A stretch of DNA of 64,000 bases, from positions 10,354,001 through 10,418,000 of the forward strand of contig OZ024747.1 of assembly GCA_964016885.1 (NCBI GenBank). The letters run 5' to 3'. The translations under genes and the position numbers were made by a program. The notes under the pieces are model-generated. The model had not been told where the DNA came from, made no database searches, and saw only the letters and a program-made list of their open reading frames with translations. The DNA comes from Eledone cirrhosa. Its lineage: Eukaryota. Positions 1 to 61,157 of this stretch are shown one piece after another (position 1 is the stretch's first letter; every line of letters starts with the position of its first letter).

Positions 1-842
1 GATATATAACAGCTAAAATAACAGATATATAACAGCTAAAATAACACATATATAACAGCCAAAATAACAGATATATAACAACTAAAATAACATATGTAAC
101 AGCTAAAATAACAAATATATAACAGCTAGAATAACAGATATATAACAGCTATGTAACAACTAAAATAGCAGATATATAACAGCTAAAATAATAGATATAT
201 GATAGCTAAAATAACAGATATACAACAGCCAAAGTAACAGATACATAACAGCTAAAATAACAGATATGTAACAGCTAAAATAACAGATATATAACAGCTA
301 AAATAACAGATATGTAACAGCTAAAATAACAGATATGTAACAGCTAAAATAACAGATATATAACAGCTAGAATAACAGATATATAGCAGCTATGTAACAA
401 CTAAAATAGCAGATATATAACAGCTAAAATAACAGATATACAACAGCTAAAATAATAGATATATAACAGCTAAAATAACATATGTAACAGCTAAAATAAC
501 AGATATATAACAGCTAAAATAACAGATATATAACAGCTAGAATAATAGATATATAAACGTATATGTAACAACTAAAATAGCAGATATATAACAGCTAAAA
601 TAACAGATATGTAACAGCTAAAATAACAGATATATAACAGCTAGAATAACATATATAACAGCTAAGTAACAACTAAAATATCAGATATATAACAGCTAAA
701 ATAATAGATATATAACAGCTAGAATAACAGATATATAACAGCTTTGTAACAACTAAAATAACAGATATATAACAGCTAAAATAATAGATATATAACAGCT
801 AAAATAGCAGATATATAACAGCTAAAATAACAGCTATATAAC
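1..842. repeat. 23-bp minisatellite (GATATATAACAGCTAAAATAACA)n, in an ARMH3 intron
   Basis: Directly visible tandem array with variant units; runs off the window start. Confidence 0.95.
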
Positions 843-1084
843 ACTCTTTTCTAATATCAAATAGCTAATTTTACATAATTCTTTTATTTGTTTCCGTAAG
901 TAGACTGTGGCAATGCTAGACCAATGCCTTGATTTAGTTAATCATATTAACTCCAGTACCTATTTTTCAAGACACGCACTTATTTTATAGAATTCTTTTC
1001 GTCAAATTGCTAAGTTACAGGACATAAACACAGATGGACACAACTGTTAACACATACACACACACATTAATATATATATATTAG

Positions 1085-1272
1085 GCTGGTGGATTGGCAG
1101 TATCGGTAGAGGGTCAGACGCCATGCTTTGCAGCAAAGAGTTACGGCCCTTTATGGTCTGAGTTCAATTCCCGCCGAGGTTAACTTTGTCTTTCATTCTT
1201 ACGGGGTCGATAAAATAAAGTACCAGTAATACACTGGGATAATTGCTGGCCTTGTGCCAAAAGTAGAAACAA
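1085..1272 (+). mobile_element. tRNA-derived SINE family A (Nin/Deu-like central domain GCCTTTCATCCT..GGGGTCGATAAA, (TTA)n tail)
   Basis: A-box-like TGGCAGTATCGG and B-box-like GAGTTCAA(A/T)TCC; more than 20 copies or fragments in the window. Confidence 0.8.
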
Positions 1273-1745
1273 TTAATATATATATATGTGTGTAAGTGTC
1301 TGTGTTTGTGTATATTTGTGCATGAAGCATGGCCACAGTGAAAGAATACATATTCTTTTTTAAAAGACATTAGTCAGAAGGATGAGAAATGTTCTCAGCT
1401 GTTGTAGGTTTTCCAAGATATTAATGAGGTTGATTCTCAGACAGAACAACTACAGCAACATCTGTAGTAAACAATACAAAGAGCTAATGGACAACATGTC
1501 TTGAGTAGATGGAGTTAAGAAACAGAACCTTCTACTTTACAGCTTCCATTGCTTCCTATTTTTTAAAAATCTATTTGTTATGCTTATTTTGTGGTGATCT
1601 GTCTAACCTAATGAAGTATGGAACATAAGACATTAAACAACAATGATGATGATGATGATGATTGTGGTGGTGATGATGATGGTGGTGGTGGTGGTAGTGA
1701 TGGTGGTGGTGATATACAGCATGTTTCACTCATATATTACCTTAC

Positions 1746-1811
1746 CTTCAAGGATACCAAAGCATCTTCATTTAATTTGTCAAATTCTGCTTCAATGTAA
1801 GAAGATTTCAC
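1746..1811 (-). CDS. ARMH3: ARMH3/C10orf76 homologue coding exon 3 (VKSSYIEAEFDKLNEDALVSLK)
   Basis: ttccag acceptor, gtaag donor, 66 nt phase 0/0; aligns with recalled human [22 protein letters not shown]. Confidence 0.85.
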
Positions 1812-1847
1812 CTGGAATAGAAAAATAGGAAGAATTAGGGAGAATGT

Positions 1848-2470
1848 TAGTGTTGTGGTCAGTGTGGGGGGTGAGGGGGGGGGTTGTGGTCAGTGTGTTT
1901 GTGTGTGGGAGAGTGTTGTGGTCAGTGTGAGGGGTGAGGGCGAGTGTTGTGGTCAGTGTGAGGGGTGAGGGCGAGTGTTGTGGTCAGTGTGGGATGAGGG
2001 TGGGGTGTTGTGGTCAGTGTGGAGGTGAGGGGGCGGTTGTGGTCAGTCTGGGGGTGAGGGTGGAGTGTTGTGGTCATTGTGGGGGGTGAGGGTGAGTGTT
2101 ATGGTCAGTGTGGGGGGGTGAGGGTGTTGTGGTCAGTGTGTGGGGGTGAGGGTGAGTGTTGTGGTCAGTGTGTGGGGGTGAGTGTGAGTGTTGTGGTCAG
2201 TGTGTGTGTGTGTAGGTGTGTGTGCCGTGGCCAGTGTGGGGGGTGAGGGTGAGTGTTGTGGTCAGTGTGTGGGGGTGAGTGTGAGTGTTGTGGTCAGTGT
2301 GTGTGTGTGTAGGTGTGTGTGCCGTGGCCAGTGTGGGGGGTGAGGGTGAGTGTTGTGGTCAGTGTGTGGGGGTGAGTGTGAGTGTTGTGGTCAGTGTGTG
2401 TGTGTGTAGGTGTGTGTGCCGTGGCCAGTGTGGGGGGTGAGGGTGAGTGTTGTGGTCAGTGTGGGGGTGA
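1848..2470. repeat. G-rich ~30-bp minisatellite (GTGTTGTGGTCAGTGTGGGGGTGAGGGTGA-like)
   Basis: Visible tandem units with G-runs. Confidence 0.9.
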
Positions 2471-3412
2471 GGCGGGCGGCGATGATGTGTAGTTACCTCC
2501 CTAGTGTTGGTGATCTACTTGATAAAGACACCCAGTATACTCTGTAAAATGGTTGCTGATAGAGCATTCAGCCATAGGAAACCTGTCGAACAGAGGGCCA
2601 AGAGGATTGTTTAGGTGAGTCAAAGATATGTCAACTCCTAGTGCTGGTGCCATGATAGAATGGAGCACAGGAAGATATGTGGGTTTCCAGCCCATCTCAG
2701 TTGTTAGTCTTGAGTACTGACTCAGTCACTGCCAACCCCTTCTAGCAGGGTATATGGACATATGATGATGATGACTGCATTGCCTAACATATCTTTACTT
2801 TGGAAGATTTGGCTGGTATTTCTAGCAGGTCAAACAACCAAATAAAGGTTCCTTCACTGGCATATACCAATCAAGTACTGTAGTCAATTAAATCAATTAG
2901 ACCCTTTATCCTCAAATATAAATCAATCCTAATTATTTTAGAACTGGTCCCACAGAAATTCTTATAAAAAACAACAGCTAAAAATAAATAAGAGTCCATT
3001 AGTTTACTAATCCAAAGGTCACTAGATAGTAAACTACTATGGAGAAAATAGTGAAGAATATGGGTCAAATTTGTTATTAATGACAGCTCAAATCGCACAG
3101 AGGTTAGCTTTGCCTTTCATCCTTACAGTTATTTTGTTATTTATGGCATGTGGCTGTTTTAACAGCTATTTTGCAGTTACTGATGGCTTGTGACTGTTTT
3201 AACAGTTATTTTTGCTGTTTATGGCATGTGGCTGTTTTAACAGTTATTTTTGCTGTTATTTATGACATGTGGCCATTTTAACAGTTATTCTTGCTTTGAC
3301 TTTTCAAATTATTTCTAAGAATCTTTGTTTATTCTGGCAGAATCTGAAAAAAGACTTTTTACAATCGAGAAGTGTCAATTAATCAACAACGATAAAATGA
3401 AATGGAACTTAC

Positions 3413-3469
3413 TTTTAACAAAAATAACTCATCCCAAAAATTAGGGTTGCCCGTTGAAGGATCCTCAAG
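3413..3469 (-). CDS. ARMH3: ARMH3 coding exon 2 (LEDPSTGNPNFWDELFLLK)
   Basis: tttag acceptor, gtaagt donor, 57 nt; matches recalled EDPS...FWEELFLMK motif of C10orf76. Confidence 0.9.
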
Positions 3470-3694
3470 CTAAATAAATATATAAATGTATGTAAAATGT
3501 AAACAGAAATAACAGAGCAAACGATACAGTACAATGAAGAAATATATTAGTTTAACACTTTAAATAACAGAAAAAGTGATACACAGTTTGGAAACTTCTT
3601 GTTAAATACAACCACATTATAAAGTACAACAACCATCTTATAAAATACAACAACCATCTTATAAAATACAACAACCTTATGAAATACAACTCAC

Positions 3695-3796
3695 CTGAAA
3701 GAATGCTTCATATATCTGTACAAATTTCTCTTTGAGAGGAATCTTATTGGTGGAACCTCTGCGGAGTAACACAGATGTTGGACTTTGTTCTTTCAT
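3695..3796 (-). CDS. ARMH3: ARMH3 coding exon 1 (MKEQSPTSVLLRRGSTNKIPLKEKFVQIYEAFFQ)
   Basis: ATG at 3796, gtgagt donor, 102 nt; matches recalled [24 protein letters not shown]. Confidence 0.88.
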
Positions 3797-4477
3797 TGTT
3801 GGTGTCTCTTGTGACATGACAGAGTGGTCAGTGTTAGAGTTACTGTGGTCACTGTAATATAGATATGGTAGATGTTGAATGACATGACAGAGTGACCATA
3901 GGACATAACAGTGGTCAGTGATTTATAGTGACTGCAATCACTGTAATATAGAATATAGGACATAAAGTGACAGGGGAACCATAAGACATAACAGAGGTCA
4001 GTGTTACTGTGGTCAGTGTAATATAGAAGATATGGTAGATTAGAGGACATGACAGAATGACCATAAGACACAACAGTGGTCAGTGTTATGGTCATTAAAA
4101 TATAGAAGATATGATGATAAATGTTGGACATGACAAACAGGACAATGTTATAGTCATCCTCATATCTGCGTTACGATGCTGACAGATGATGGTCATGTTA
4201 GGGTTGTCTAAAGAGCTGCTACCTAACTCATCATTTAAACCTGGAGTCATATTTACAAGTTTCAGTTACAAAAAGTGTTGTTTGTTGTAAAGCCATACAC
4301 TGATAATCAATAATAATATTGATGAACCAAAGAAGGCACCTCTATGCAGCCAATCACTCTGAGACCAAACCTGACTGTTTTTTCAAAAGAAAGGACACAT
4401 TGGATAATGTATATCTGAAATGTATTGTCTTGATTCGGGGCTGACGTAAGCTAAACAACACTTAACAGTAATAAGTT

Positions 4478-4670
4478 GGATGAACTGGCAGTATCGGTAG
4501 AGAGTCGGACGCCATGCTTTCCAGCATAGTTACGTCTCTTTACGGTCTAAGTTCAAATCCTGCCAAGGTTAACTTTGCCTTTCATCCTTACGGGGTCGAT
4601 AAAATAAAGTACCAGTAATGTACTGGGTAATTGCTGGCCTTGTGCCTAAAGTAGAAACAATTATTATTAT
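4478..4670 (+). mobile_element. SINE family A copy
   Basis: Near full-length match to other copies, (TTA)n tail. Confidence 0.8.
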
Positions 4671-4944
4671 TGTTAGGATGGATTGGTAGAACTGGTAGAA
4701 TGTCAGATAAATTCTCTTTGTGATATTTGTTCTGAGTTCAAGTCCTGCAGAGGTCAACTTTGAAATAAAACAGTCCTAAAGTGGATATAATCAACTTTCT
4801 CCACCCCACATATAGCTGGCCTTGTGTCTACATCAGAAACTAATAATATGATGATGATAATGAAGTGACTGTAGTTTTTCTACTTACTGATACACACAGC
4901 AAAGAAGATGAAATTTGGGGAGAAGTTGATGATGAGTGCACTCA

Positions 4945-5660
4945 CATTGGAGTGGTCCAACACCTCAACCTCCTAGTGTGTCAGCCACACAAATGCCGTT
5001 GTGGGGCCGTTGTTGACAAGTTTGGCCTGGTCCCACAGCCACGCCACCAGGGTACAGGGCAGTTCTCCCGACATGCTGCTCTCAACGACATACTGAGAGC
5101 ACAGAGACTGCAAGCGCCCCGATGGAATTATCCTCTTTCCATTTGAAGGAGGTAAATCCCTCATCTAGGACACCACATGTTGTCACATGTTCTCCACCTC
5201 CAACTTAGTCGCTTTGGCCACAAACCCTGGTACTGCAGCCCACAATACAGAGGACAGGAATTCAAATAAATACAGGGGTTTGTCCGGCTGCTTCTTCTTT
5301 GCACTGGTTGCCGTTGAGACCTCAGGCGTCCTTGGACCCTCTACAGCCAAGGCCCTTGGCAAAATTGGAATGTCAGCAGCCTGTCTGAGGAGGGAGCCCA
5401 ACAAGGTAGGATGGCTGTTGCAGTGGGTGTCTGTGGAAATGCCTTTGCAGTTATACCAGTGGAGTGCAGCCCAAACACTGCCCCGCCCTAGGCCCAGAGC
5501 CCATCACCTTCTCCCCTTCCTCCAGTGGCCCAAAACTCCTTGCTTTTCCCCTCATTTATGGCTTTTATAGTCCTTTCCTTTCCCATACAGCCAGATCTGC
5601 CCTTCTGTACCCCTTCCCCCCTTTTCTCATTACTTAATTTTGTTTTCATTTTTCTTTTTA
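4945..5660 (+). mobile_element. Degenerate 3' fragment of an RLE-encoding (CRE-clade-like) non-LTR retrotransposon
   Basis: Frameshifted translation HKCRCG..., RHAALNDIL, NKYRGL..FALVAVETSGVLG..A...LGKIG, typical of the zinc-knuckle/restriction-like endonuclease C-terminus. Confidence 0.65.
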
Positions 5661-5951
5661 GACCAGGGACCAGTAGATGTGTTAGACTAGGGACCAGTAG
5701 ATGTCTGTTAAACCAGGGACCAGTAGATGTCTGTTAGACTAGGGACCAGTAGATGTGTTAGACTAGGGACCAGTAGATGTCTGTTAAACCAGGGACCAGT
5801 AGATGTGTTAGACTAGGGACCAGTAGATGTTTGTTAGACCAGGGACCAGTAGATGTGTTAGACTAGGGACCAGTAGATGTTTGTTAGACCAGGGACCAGG
5901 ATATGTCTGTTAGACCAGGGACCAGGATATGTCTGTTAGACCAGGGACCAG
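5660..5951. repeat. 26-28-bp minisatellite (GGGACCAGTAGATGTCTGTTAGACCA)
   Basis: About 11 visible tandem units. Confidence 0.9.
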
Positions 5952-6573
5952 TGTGTGTGTGCTTTGGGTAAGGGGAGGGTCTTATGAACGTGTCAGTTAA
6001 GATCAACACCAACACAGATTTAAGGTTAACAATAATTGTTTCTACTTTTGGCACAAGGCCAGCAATTACTCAGTACATTACTGGTACTTTATTTTATCGA
6101 CCCCGTAAGGTTAACAATAATGACAGTTAGAAACCTACATTATGTCTTACATTTCTCCTTCAGAACTGTCATCAAAATAGATTCTAGAATTTCTCTCTCT
6201 CTCTGTACACACAAACACACATATATGTGTGTTTGTGTATGTGTATAAACATATGTGCGTACGTGCACATGTTTGTGTATATGTACGTAAAAAGTAAACA
6301 GAAATAACAAAGCAAACGACACAGTACAATGAATAAATATATTAGTTTAACGTATGTAGTTGACGAACGAGAGAAAAGAGTATTCAATACCGAAGTAGGG
6401 TTTAAATATTCATGTACATATATATATATATATATCAATGATATTAATATCATTGATATTATACTCCAGAAAATTTGTCGAGTGCTTCGAATCAGTTATA
6501 AATATATATATTTGTTGAATTACCAACAAATTAAATATTCCTTTTGCTTTTATATATATATGATATAAAGATC

Positions 6574-6613
6574 CCGAGCTGAAGATCCGCTAAGGTGAAA
6601 CAATTGTTCTCGG
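6574..6613 (+). ncRNA. Minimal type-I hammerhead-ribozyme-like motif (Penelope-like element relic)
   Basis: ccgag-CTGAAGA-tcc gctaa ggt-GAAA-caattg-TT-ctcgg: stem I, core, stem II, palindromic helix III. Confidence 0.5.
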
Positions 6614-6707
6614 TATGGTGAACTAACTGTTGTGTAACCACTTCTACCTAACTCGTCCCTTGGACTAAGTGCTCTACCACTACGGATATTACCTTCCAGT
6701 GTTCCAC

Positions 6708-6767
<60 letters not shown>

Positions 6768-6807
6768 TAATTAATGCTGGCCTTGTGCCAAAAGTAGAAA
6801 CAATTAA

Positions 6808-6930
6808 TTAAAATAACAGATTAAAGTTTAAGCAAAGAATCGCTGCTTTCACCCTTAACAGGATCTTCTGAAGATCCCGCTAAGGGAGAAAGCAGCGATT
6901 CTTTGCTTAAACTTTAATCTGTTATTTTAA
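6808..6930. repeat. ~60-bp-arm inverted repeat; same family at 20575-20970 and 60349-60385
   Basis: TAAAATAACAGATTAAAGTTTAAGCAAAGAATCGCTGCTTTC...GAAAGCAGCGATTCTTTGCTTAAACTTTAATCTGTTATTTTA. Confidence 0.85.
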
Positions 6931-8000
6931 TAAATATTTGCACTAGGGTTCTTATATATTTGAAATATATTTATCCTTATTGAGGCCTCTTTAGATTTTA
7001 GTCTTCAAATGTATTATTATTACTATATATATATATAAGAAAAGATATATATATAGAGAGAGAGAGATATGGTGGTGACTTGGCAGCTAAGGTAGTAAGC
7101 AGCAGGAGGACTACAATATTAAATATCAAATAGTTTGTGTGACCCCCCCCCCCCTCGACATTGTCTTTCGTGGAACTATACACGAGTTATGGTTGTTATA
7201 AGAAAATCTCTTTAACTATATATGTCTCCACCACTGTGCCTCGTCAACAGAGATCTATATTGAGTATTTGCTTGCACACACACACATATATATACACATG
7301 CTCATTTCTAAATAATTACGCATACACACACATATATATGTGTAATTAAGGACACACATATATATGTAATTATGGACACACACATATGTAATTATGGACA
7401 CACACACACTTGTAATTATGGACACACACACACTTGTAATTATGGACATACACACACACACACATATATATATAGAAACGACCCCTTTCCCCGCAAACAC
7501 TGGGTTCAAATAAAGTCACACCGCCCAAAAAACCCTCCCCCTCTGGCCTGCGATTCTTCTAATGTTGGGAATGATTGCACAGATATGTAACAGATAAACA
7601 AAACGCTAATTAATTATAGGCTAATTAAGCTCTCTTAATTAAAAGAAAACCAAAAACAACTAAAAAAAATTGATTATAATGAAGTTTGGTTTTTGTTGTT
7701 TCTAAAGTGGTTTGTCAAGAATGGAACACAAATTACATGATTCTAGTCTGGAGACGAGGTTTCTAGTTTCAGGGTCCTTGCTTTTCATCATTATTGTTAC
7801 CTTGTTATTATTTTTAATTTTATTTAAACATGGTGCCTTAATGTCTAACTTATAGCTATAAAATACTTTATAATAAGCAATATTAATTATTTTAAATAAC
7901 ATTTTCTGTGGGGTGAAAGATCCATTTTAACAATAACATCGAACTTTAGATAGGGGCGGCGGGGATGGGTTATAAGTAATGAGATATGTCATAAGCTTAC

Positions 8001-8230
8001 CTTCTTTGATATAATTATATGTACGGGAGAGGAATCATAGTAATCCGTAGAGATTTAGAGATTTTTTGGGGAAAAAAGGAGTTTATAGAGGAAAAGAGAG
8101 AATGGTTAGTGTAGAGGAAAGAAGTCAGTACAACGGACAGCTAGAAGAAAATTATAGGGTGTGTAATATTATAAGAAGCAACATAACAAATCAATGTGTT
8201 AAGTCGGTTCAAATTTTACGTAACTGCGGC
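8001..8230 (-). other. Probable non-coding first (5'UTR) exon of ARMH3
   Basis: Strong donor AAG|gtaagc at 8001/8000, downstream of a CpG-containing promoter-like segment; 5' boundary unknown. Confidence 0.45.
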
Positions 8231-8240
8231 TTCTAACAAC

Positions 8241-8250
8241 TACTTCCGGT
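8241..8250 (-). promoter_or_regulatory. ETS/GABP-type motif ACCGGAAGTA in the putative ARMH3 promoter
   Basis: Consensus ETS site in a locally CpG-enriched unique segment upstream of the putative first exon. Confidence 0.4.
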
Positions 8251-9129
8251 GACTCTTGCCACTACTTTCTCCACGTTCAATCAAATTCGATGGAAATAAA
8301 CAAGACGGCTTCTTCTGCTGTTGTATTCACTGATTGACAGATTACACCTGTTAGATATCACAGCTAAATTCCTCCTTAAGTACACATTGTCATGTTAAAA
8401 GGTAGAGATATACTATTATGTAGAAATAAAATAAGCTAGCTAAGGGAAATAACTCAACTGAGCTAAGAGAAATTTGAGTATATCGTACTAAAGAAACTTT
8501 TAGTTAATTTCCCATATTGTTGGCAACTTTCATAGAAAAGGGAAGATAATTTCGCAAACTTTAGAATTAATTTCTGTACTTTACATGCCTAGGGATTAGA
8601 TAATTTGATGTTTGTTCGTGAACAAAAGACAACTATAGACATGCTTCCGTCTATTAAACCTCATCAGTACAATGGCTGGTTCACTTGCCTTATTTTTCTT
8701 TGTTTATTGGCAAAAATTATTCATAACTTCTGTGGGTAAAAATATATTAAATGATTTGCAGTTTGGTTAGACTATACTATGTTGATGAGGTCTAATAGAC
8801 TGAAACATGTCCAAGCAAAGATCAAATTGTCATTTCCCTTATGTTTGAGAAATTAATTCAAAATTTCTTAAAATTTTCTTTTTTCTTTGAGAATCATTAA
8901 CAAAAGCAGCTAGAATTTTGCTTTCTGTAACTAAGAGGGAAATTTCAAAAAGTAAGAATGTTTTGCATGTGACATTCACCAGCTAAATATCTCACCTTGC
9001 CCATGTCCAACTTCCATACTCATTCTCCTCCAACTCTCACCTTCCTCACCCCGATACACCTCTTTTCTCTGTGCACACAAGTATGGAAAGCTGGACATGC
9101 TCCACATTTGGTCCCTTGTGATGCCACTG

Positions 9130-9490
9130 TCATGACAAAAAAAAAAATCACTATGTCCATCCAGTATGGTGATTAGGTGTCATGACAAAAACACCCAGTC
9201 CACAGTGTAAGGTGGTCATGCTGGTGACACAAGAGGCTCCCAGTCCACTCTGTATAGTGGTTGCGTTGGTGACATGACAGAAGAAAAAAACCCCCCAAAA
9301 AACCACCCAGTCCTTGCTGTAAAGTGGTTGTGACATGACAAAATCAAAGCACCCAGCCCATCCTGTAAGGTGGTCGTGTTGGTGACATTATGAAAAAACA
9401 CCCATTCCTCGCTGTAAGGTGGTTGTGCTGGTGACATGACAAAATCAAAGCACCCAACCCACCCTGTAAAGTGGTTATGTTGGTGACATG
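9130..9490. repeat. Degenerate ~55-60-bp tandem amplification of the Ceph-like SINE/RTE 3' module (CACCCAGTCCACTCTGTAAAGTGGT..)
   Basis: Six to seven units resembling the sub-repeat seen at 36660-36800. Confidence 0.6.
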
Positions 9491-9682
9491 AAAAAAAAAC
9501 GCCGTCTTCCCTGTTTTGGTACCATGAAAATTCCAGCAGAGAGCAGCACTGCTCTGATGAGAGCCATCAACATTTCAATATTCATAGCTGGGCTTTCAAA
9601 ATGTTTATTAAACATATTGTATATCTTTAGATATACGAAATTCACATACAAATATTATTACTATCAATATTATAATTAATAA

Positions 9683-12200
9683 TGGTTTCTGCTTTAAGTA
9701 CAAGGCCAAACATTTTGGGGGAGGGGAAAGTCAATTAAATTGACCCAAGTTCATTACTGGTACTTTATTTTATCCACCATGTAAGAATGAGAGGCAAAGT
9801 TAACCTCGGCAGGATTTGAACTCAGATTGTAAATAAAGGGTCATAACTATGCCACAAAGTAATAATAAAAACAACACACGTTTTCTTCCCAATTTCATAA
9901 AACATTTTTAATGTTTCTCTTATACAGACTAATTTGTTAGTTGATTATAAAAAACAATAAAATATTTTTAGAGGACATGCAGAAATTAAACATATATTAC
10001 TTTATTTTGTTTTTTTTCTGAACAAATTGTAAAGTAGGTTATGGAAAAACTTTCAGGAGTTACATTAGAGAACCCTTCATTTTATCTTGTTGCCCAAGAA
10101 AATAACAACAACAACAACAATAATAATAATATTTAACCTTGAATACATTTATGCATGCTTTCAAACATGTACAAAATTCTTTCTCTTTTCAGAAAGGAAA
10201 ACTCCTGAGATATTTCCCAAACCACGAATAATAAACATTGTTTCTGATTTAGGGACAAGGCCAACAATTGGGGTGGGGGGGTGTCGTCGATTAAATTGAC
10301 CCCAGTGCATTACTGGTACTTTATTTTATCGACCCTGTAAGGGTGAGAGGCAAAGCTAACCTTGGCAGGAGTTGAACTCAGAAAGTAAAGGTCCGTAACT
10401 TTATAACACAAACCATGTTTGATGCTCTACCGATACTGCTAATCCACTAACGAATATATTGGTTTCTGATTTAGGTACAAGGCCAAACAATTTTGGGTTT
10501 GAAGGGTGGTGGGTGGAGGGCAAAGTCGATTAAACCTCCCCAGTGCATTACTGGTACTTTATTTTATCGACCCCCGTAAGGATGAAAGGCAAAGTTAACC
10601 TCAGAGGGATTTGAACTCAGATCGTAAAGGGACGTAACTACGCTGGAAAGCATGTCTGACCCTCTACCGATACTGCCAATTCACCGCACCTAATAATAAT
10701 AATGGTTTCTTATATAGGCACAAGGCCATCAATTTTGGGGGAGGGGAAAGTCGATTTAATCAACCCCAGTGCGTGACTGGTACTTTATTTTATCGATCCT
10801 GTAAGGATGAAAGGCAAAGTTAACCTTGGCGGGATTTGAACTTAGATCATAAAAGGCCGTAACTATGGTGCAAAGCATAGTGTCTGACCCTCTACTGATA
10901 CTGCCAATTCACCGCCCTAATAATAATGGCTTCTACTTTAGGCACAAGGCCAACAATTTTGTTGTAGGGGAAAGTCGATTAAATGGATCCCCACTGCGTT
11001 ACTGGTACTTTATTTTATTGACTCCTTAAGGATGAAAGGTGAAGCTAACCGTGGCAGGATTTGAACTCAGAACATAAAGGGTCGTAGCTGTATACTGCAA
11101 AGCATGCTGTCTGATGCTCTACTGATTACTGCCATCTGACACACATTTTTAGTTGGAAGAGGAGACTATTTGATTTAATCAGTACCAATATTTAATTAGT
11201 CCTTATAGTTTATACCCCAGAAATATAAGCATGGCAAGTTTGACCCTGGTGGTTTTCCACCTCAGAATGTAAGAGTACATCACTAAATAATGGAAGGTAC
11301 CTTGTCTACTGTTTAACTGAGTCTGCTATCAACACCTTAATAATTCTTTCATTGACACAAAACCAACAATTTCGAGGGAATAGGAAGTTGACAATATCAA
11401 CACCAGTACGTGACTGGTACTTCATTTTATCAATCCCTGTAAGGATGAAAGACAATGTAAACCTTGGCAGGATTTGAACTCAGAACATAAAGGGCAGTCA
11501 CTAAATCTTGCAAGGCATTTTGTCCACAGATCTAATTTGGCCAACCCACCACCTAATAATAATAATAATGGCACAAGGCCAGCAATTTTGGGGAGGGGAA
11601 AGTTGATTAAATTACCCCAGTGTGTAACTGGTACTTTATTTTATTGACCCTGAAAGGATGAAAAGCGAAGCTAACCGTAGCGGGATTTGAACTCAGAACG
11701 TAAAGGGACGTAACTATATGCTGCAAAGCAGGGTGTCCGATGCTCTACCGATACTGTCAATCCACTGCCCTTAATAATAATAATAATTGTTTCTACTTTA
11801 GGCACAAGGCCAGCAATTACCCAGTGCATTACTGGTACTTTATTTTATCGACCCCGTAAGGATGAAAAGCAAAGTCAACCTCGGCGGGATTTGAACTCAG
11901 AACGTCAAGGGACGTAACTATGCTGGAAAGCATGGCGTCCGACCCGCTACCGATACTGCCAATCCACCGCCTTAATAATAATAATAATAATAATAATAAT
12001 GATGATGATGTGGACTTCTGAGAGACAGAAGGACACAGATGTATAGAGGAAGGAGTGAAGTATATTTAATGGAACCCAATATTTGAATGGTATTAATTTT
12101 ATTGACCCTGGAAGGAGAGATGGCAAAGTCCACTTTAGAGGGGTTCTAAACTCAGATGGCAAAGAGAGATATAAAATACAGGCAAATTATTTGGTTGGTC
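9683..12200 (-). mobile_element. Head-to-tail cluster of about 10 SINE family A copies
   Basis: Repeated GGCACAAGGCC..CTGGTACTTTATTTTATCGACCCC..GGATTTGAACTCAG units, all in one orientation, separated by (TAA)n. Confidence 0.88.
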
Positions 12201-12885
12201 TCTGTTGATAGTATGTTCAGCTACTGACCGACAGTGTTGTGTTCATGGCAAAGTCTCAACTGGCCCCATGTCCACCTGTCCATTCTGTGGTTGTTGGTGC
12301 CATGACAAAAGCACCAGTCCATTCTGTAAAGTAGTTGTGTTGGTGCCATGACAAAAGCATCCAGTTCACTCTGCAAGATGGCAGTGCTGGTGACAAAAAA
12401 GACTTCCAGTACATACTGTAAAGTTGTTGACCTTAGGTGAAGGGGACCCAGCTGTAGAAAAATCAAACCCAAAAATGAATATATGAGCAAGACATGGTCA
12501 CTGGACCTGCCTGGCCTAATAATATGACAACCTGTCTAACCCATGCAATCCTAGAAAACAGACAACTTTTTAGCCCGATACCATATCAACTTTGCCATTC
12601 TCAGACTACCCTCAACTCATATTTTAGTTTTATTAAACTCCTTTTTATATTCTTTTCTGAAGTCAGACTTTGCTAAGATGTGATGGAAAATTGGGTGGGA
12701 TTTCTTTTTATTGTTTTATTTGTAAATAATTCATACTTTTATTGTTATTTCTAACTGTAAATCTATATGTACACACATACACACGCACATACATACACAC
12801 ATTAACCAAAAGGTGTGGCATGTTATGCCATCTAATTGATGTAAAAGTCTGGTAATTTTCTTGGACTCGCACATTCGTTAGGCAG

Positions 12886-61157
<48,272 letters not shown>

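Noticed and set aside
1380-1465. Possible next ARMH3 exon (tacag acceptor-like site)
   Set aside because: The phase-0 frame hits a stop at once (MLL*) and shows no similarity to the expected sequence; the next exon is probably outside the window
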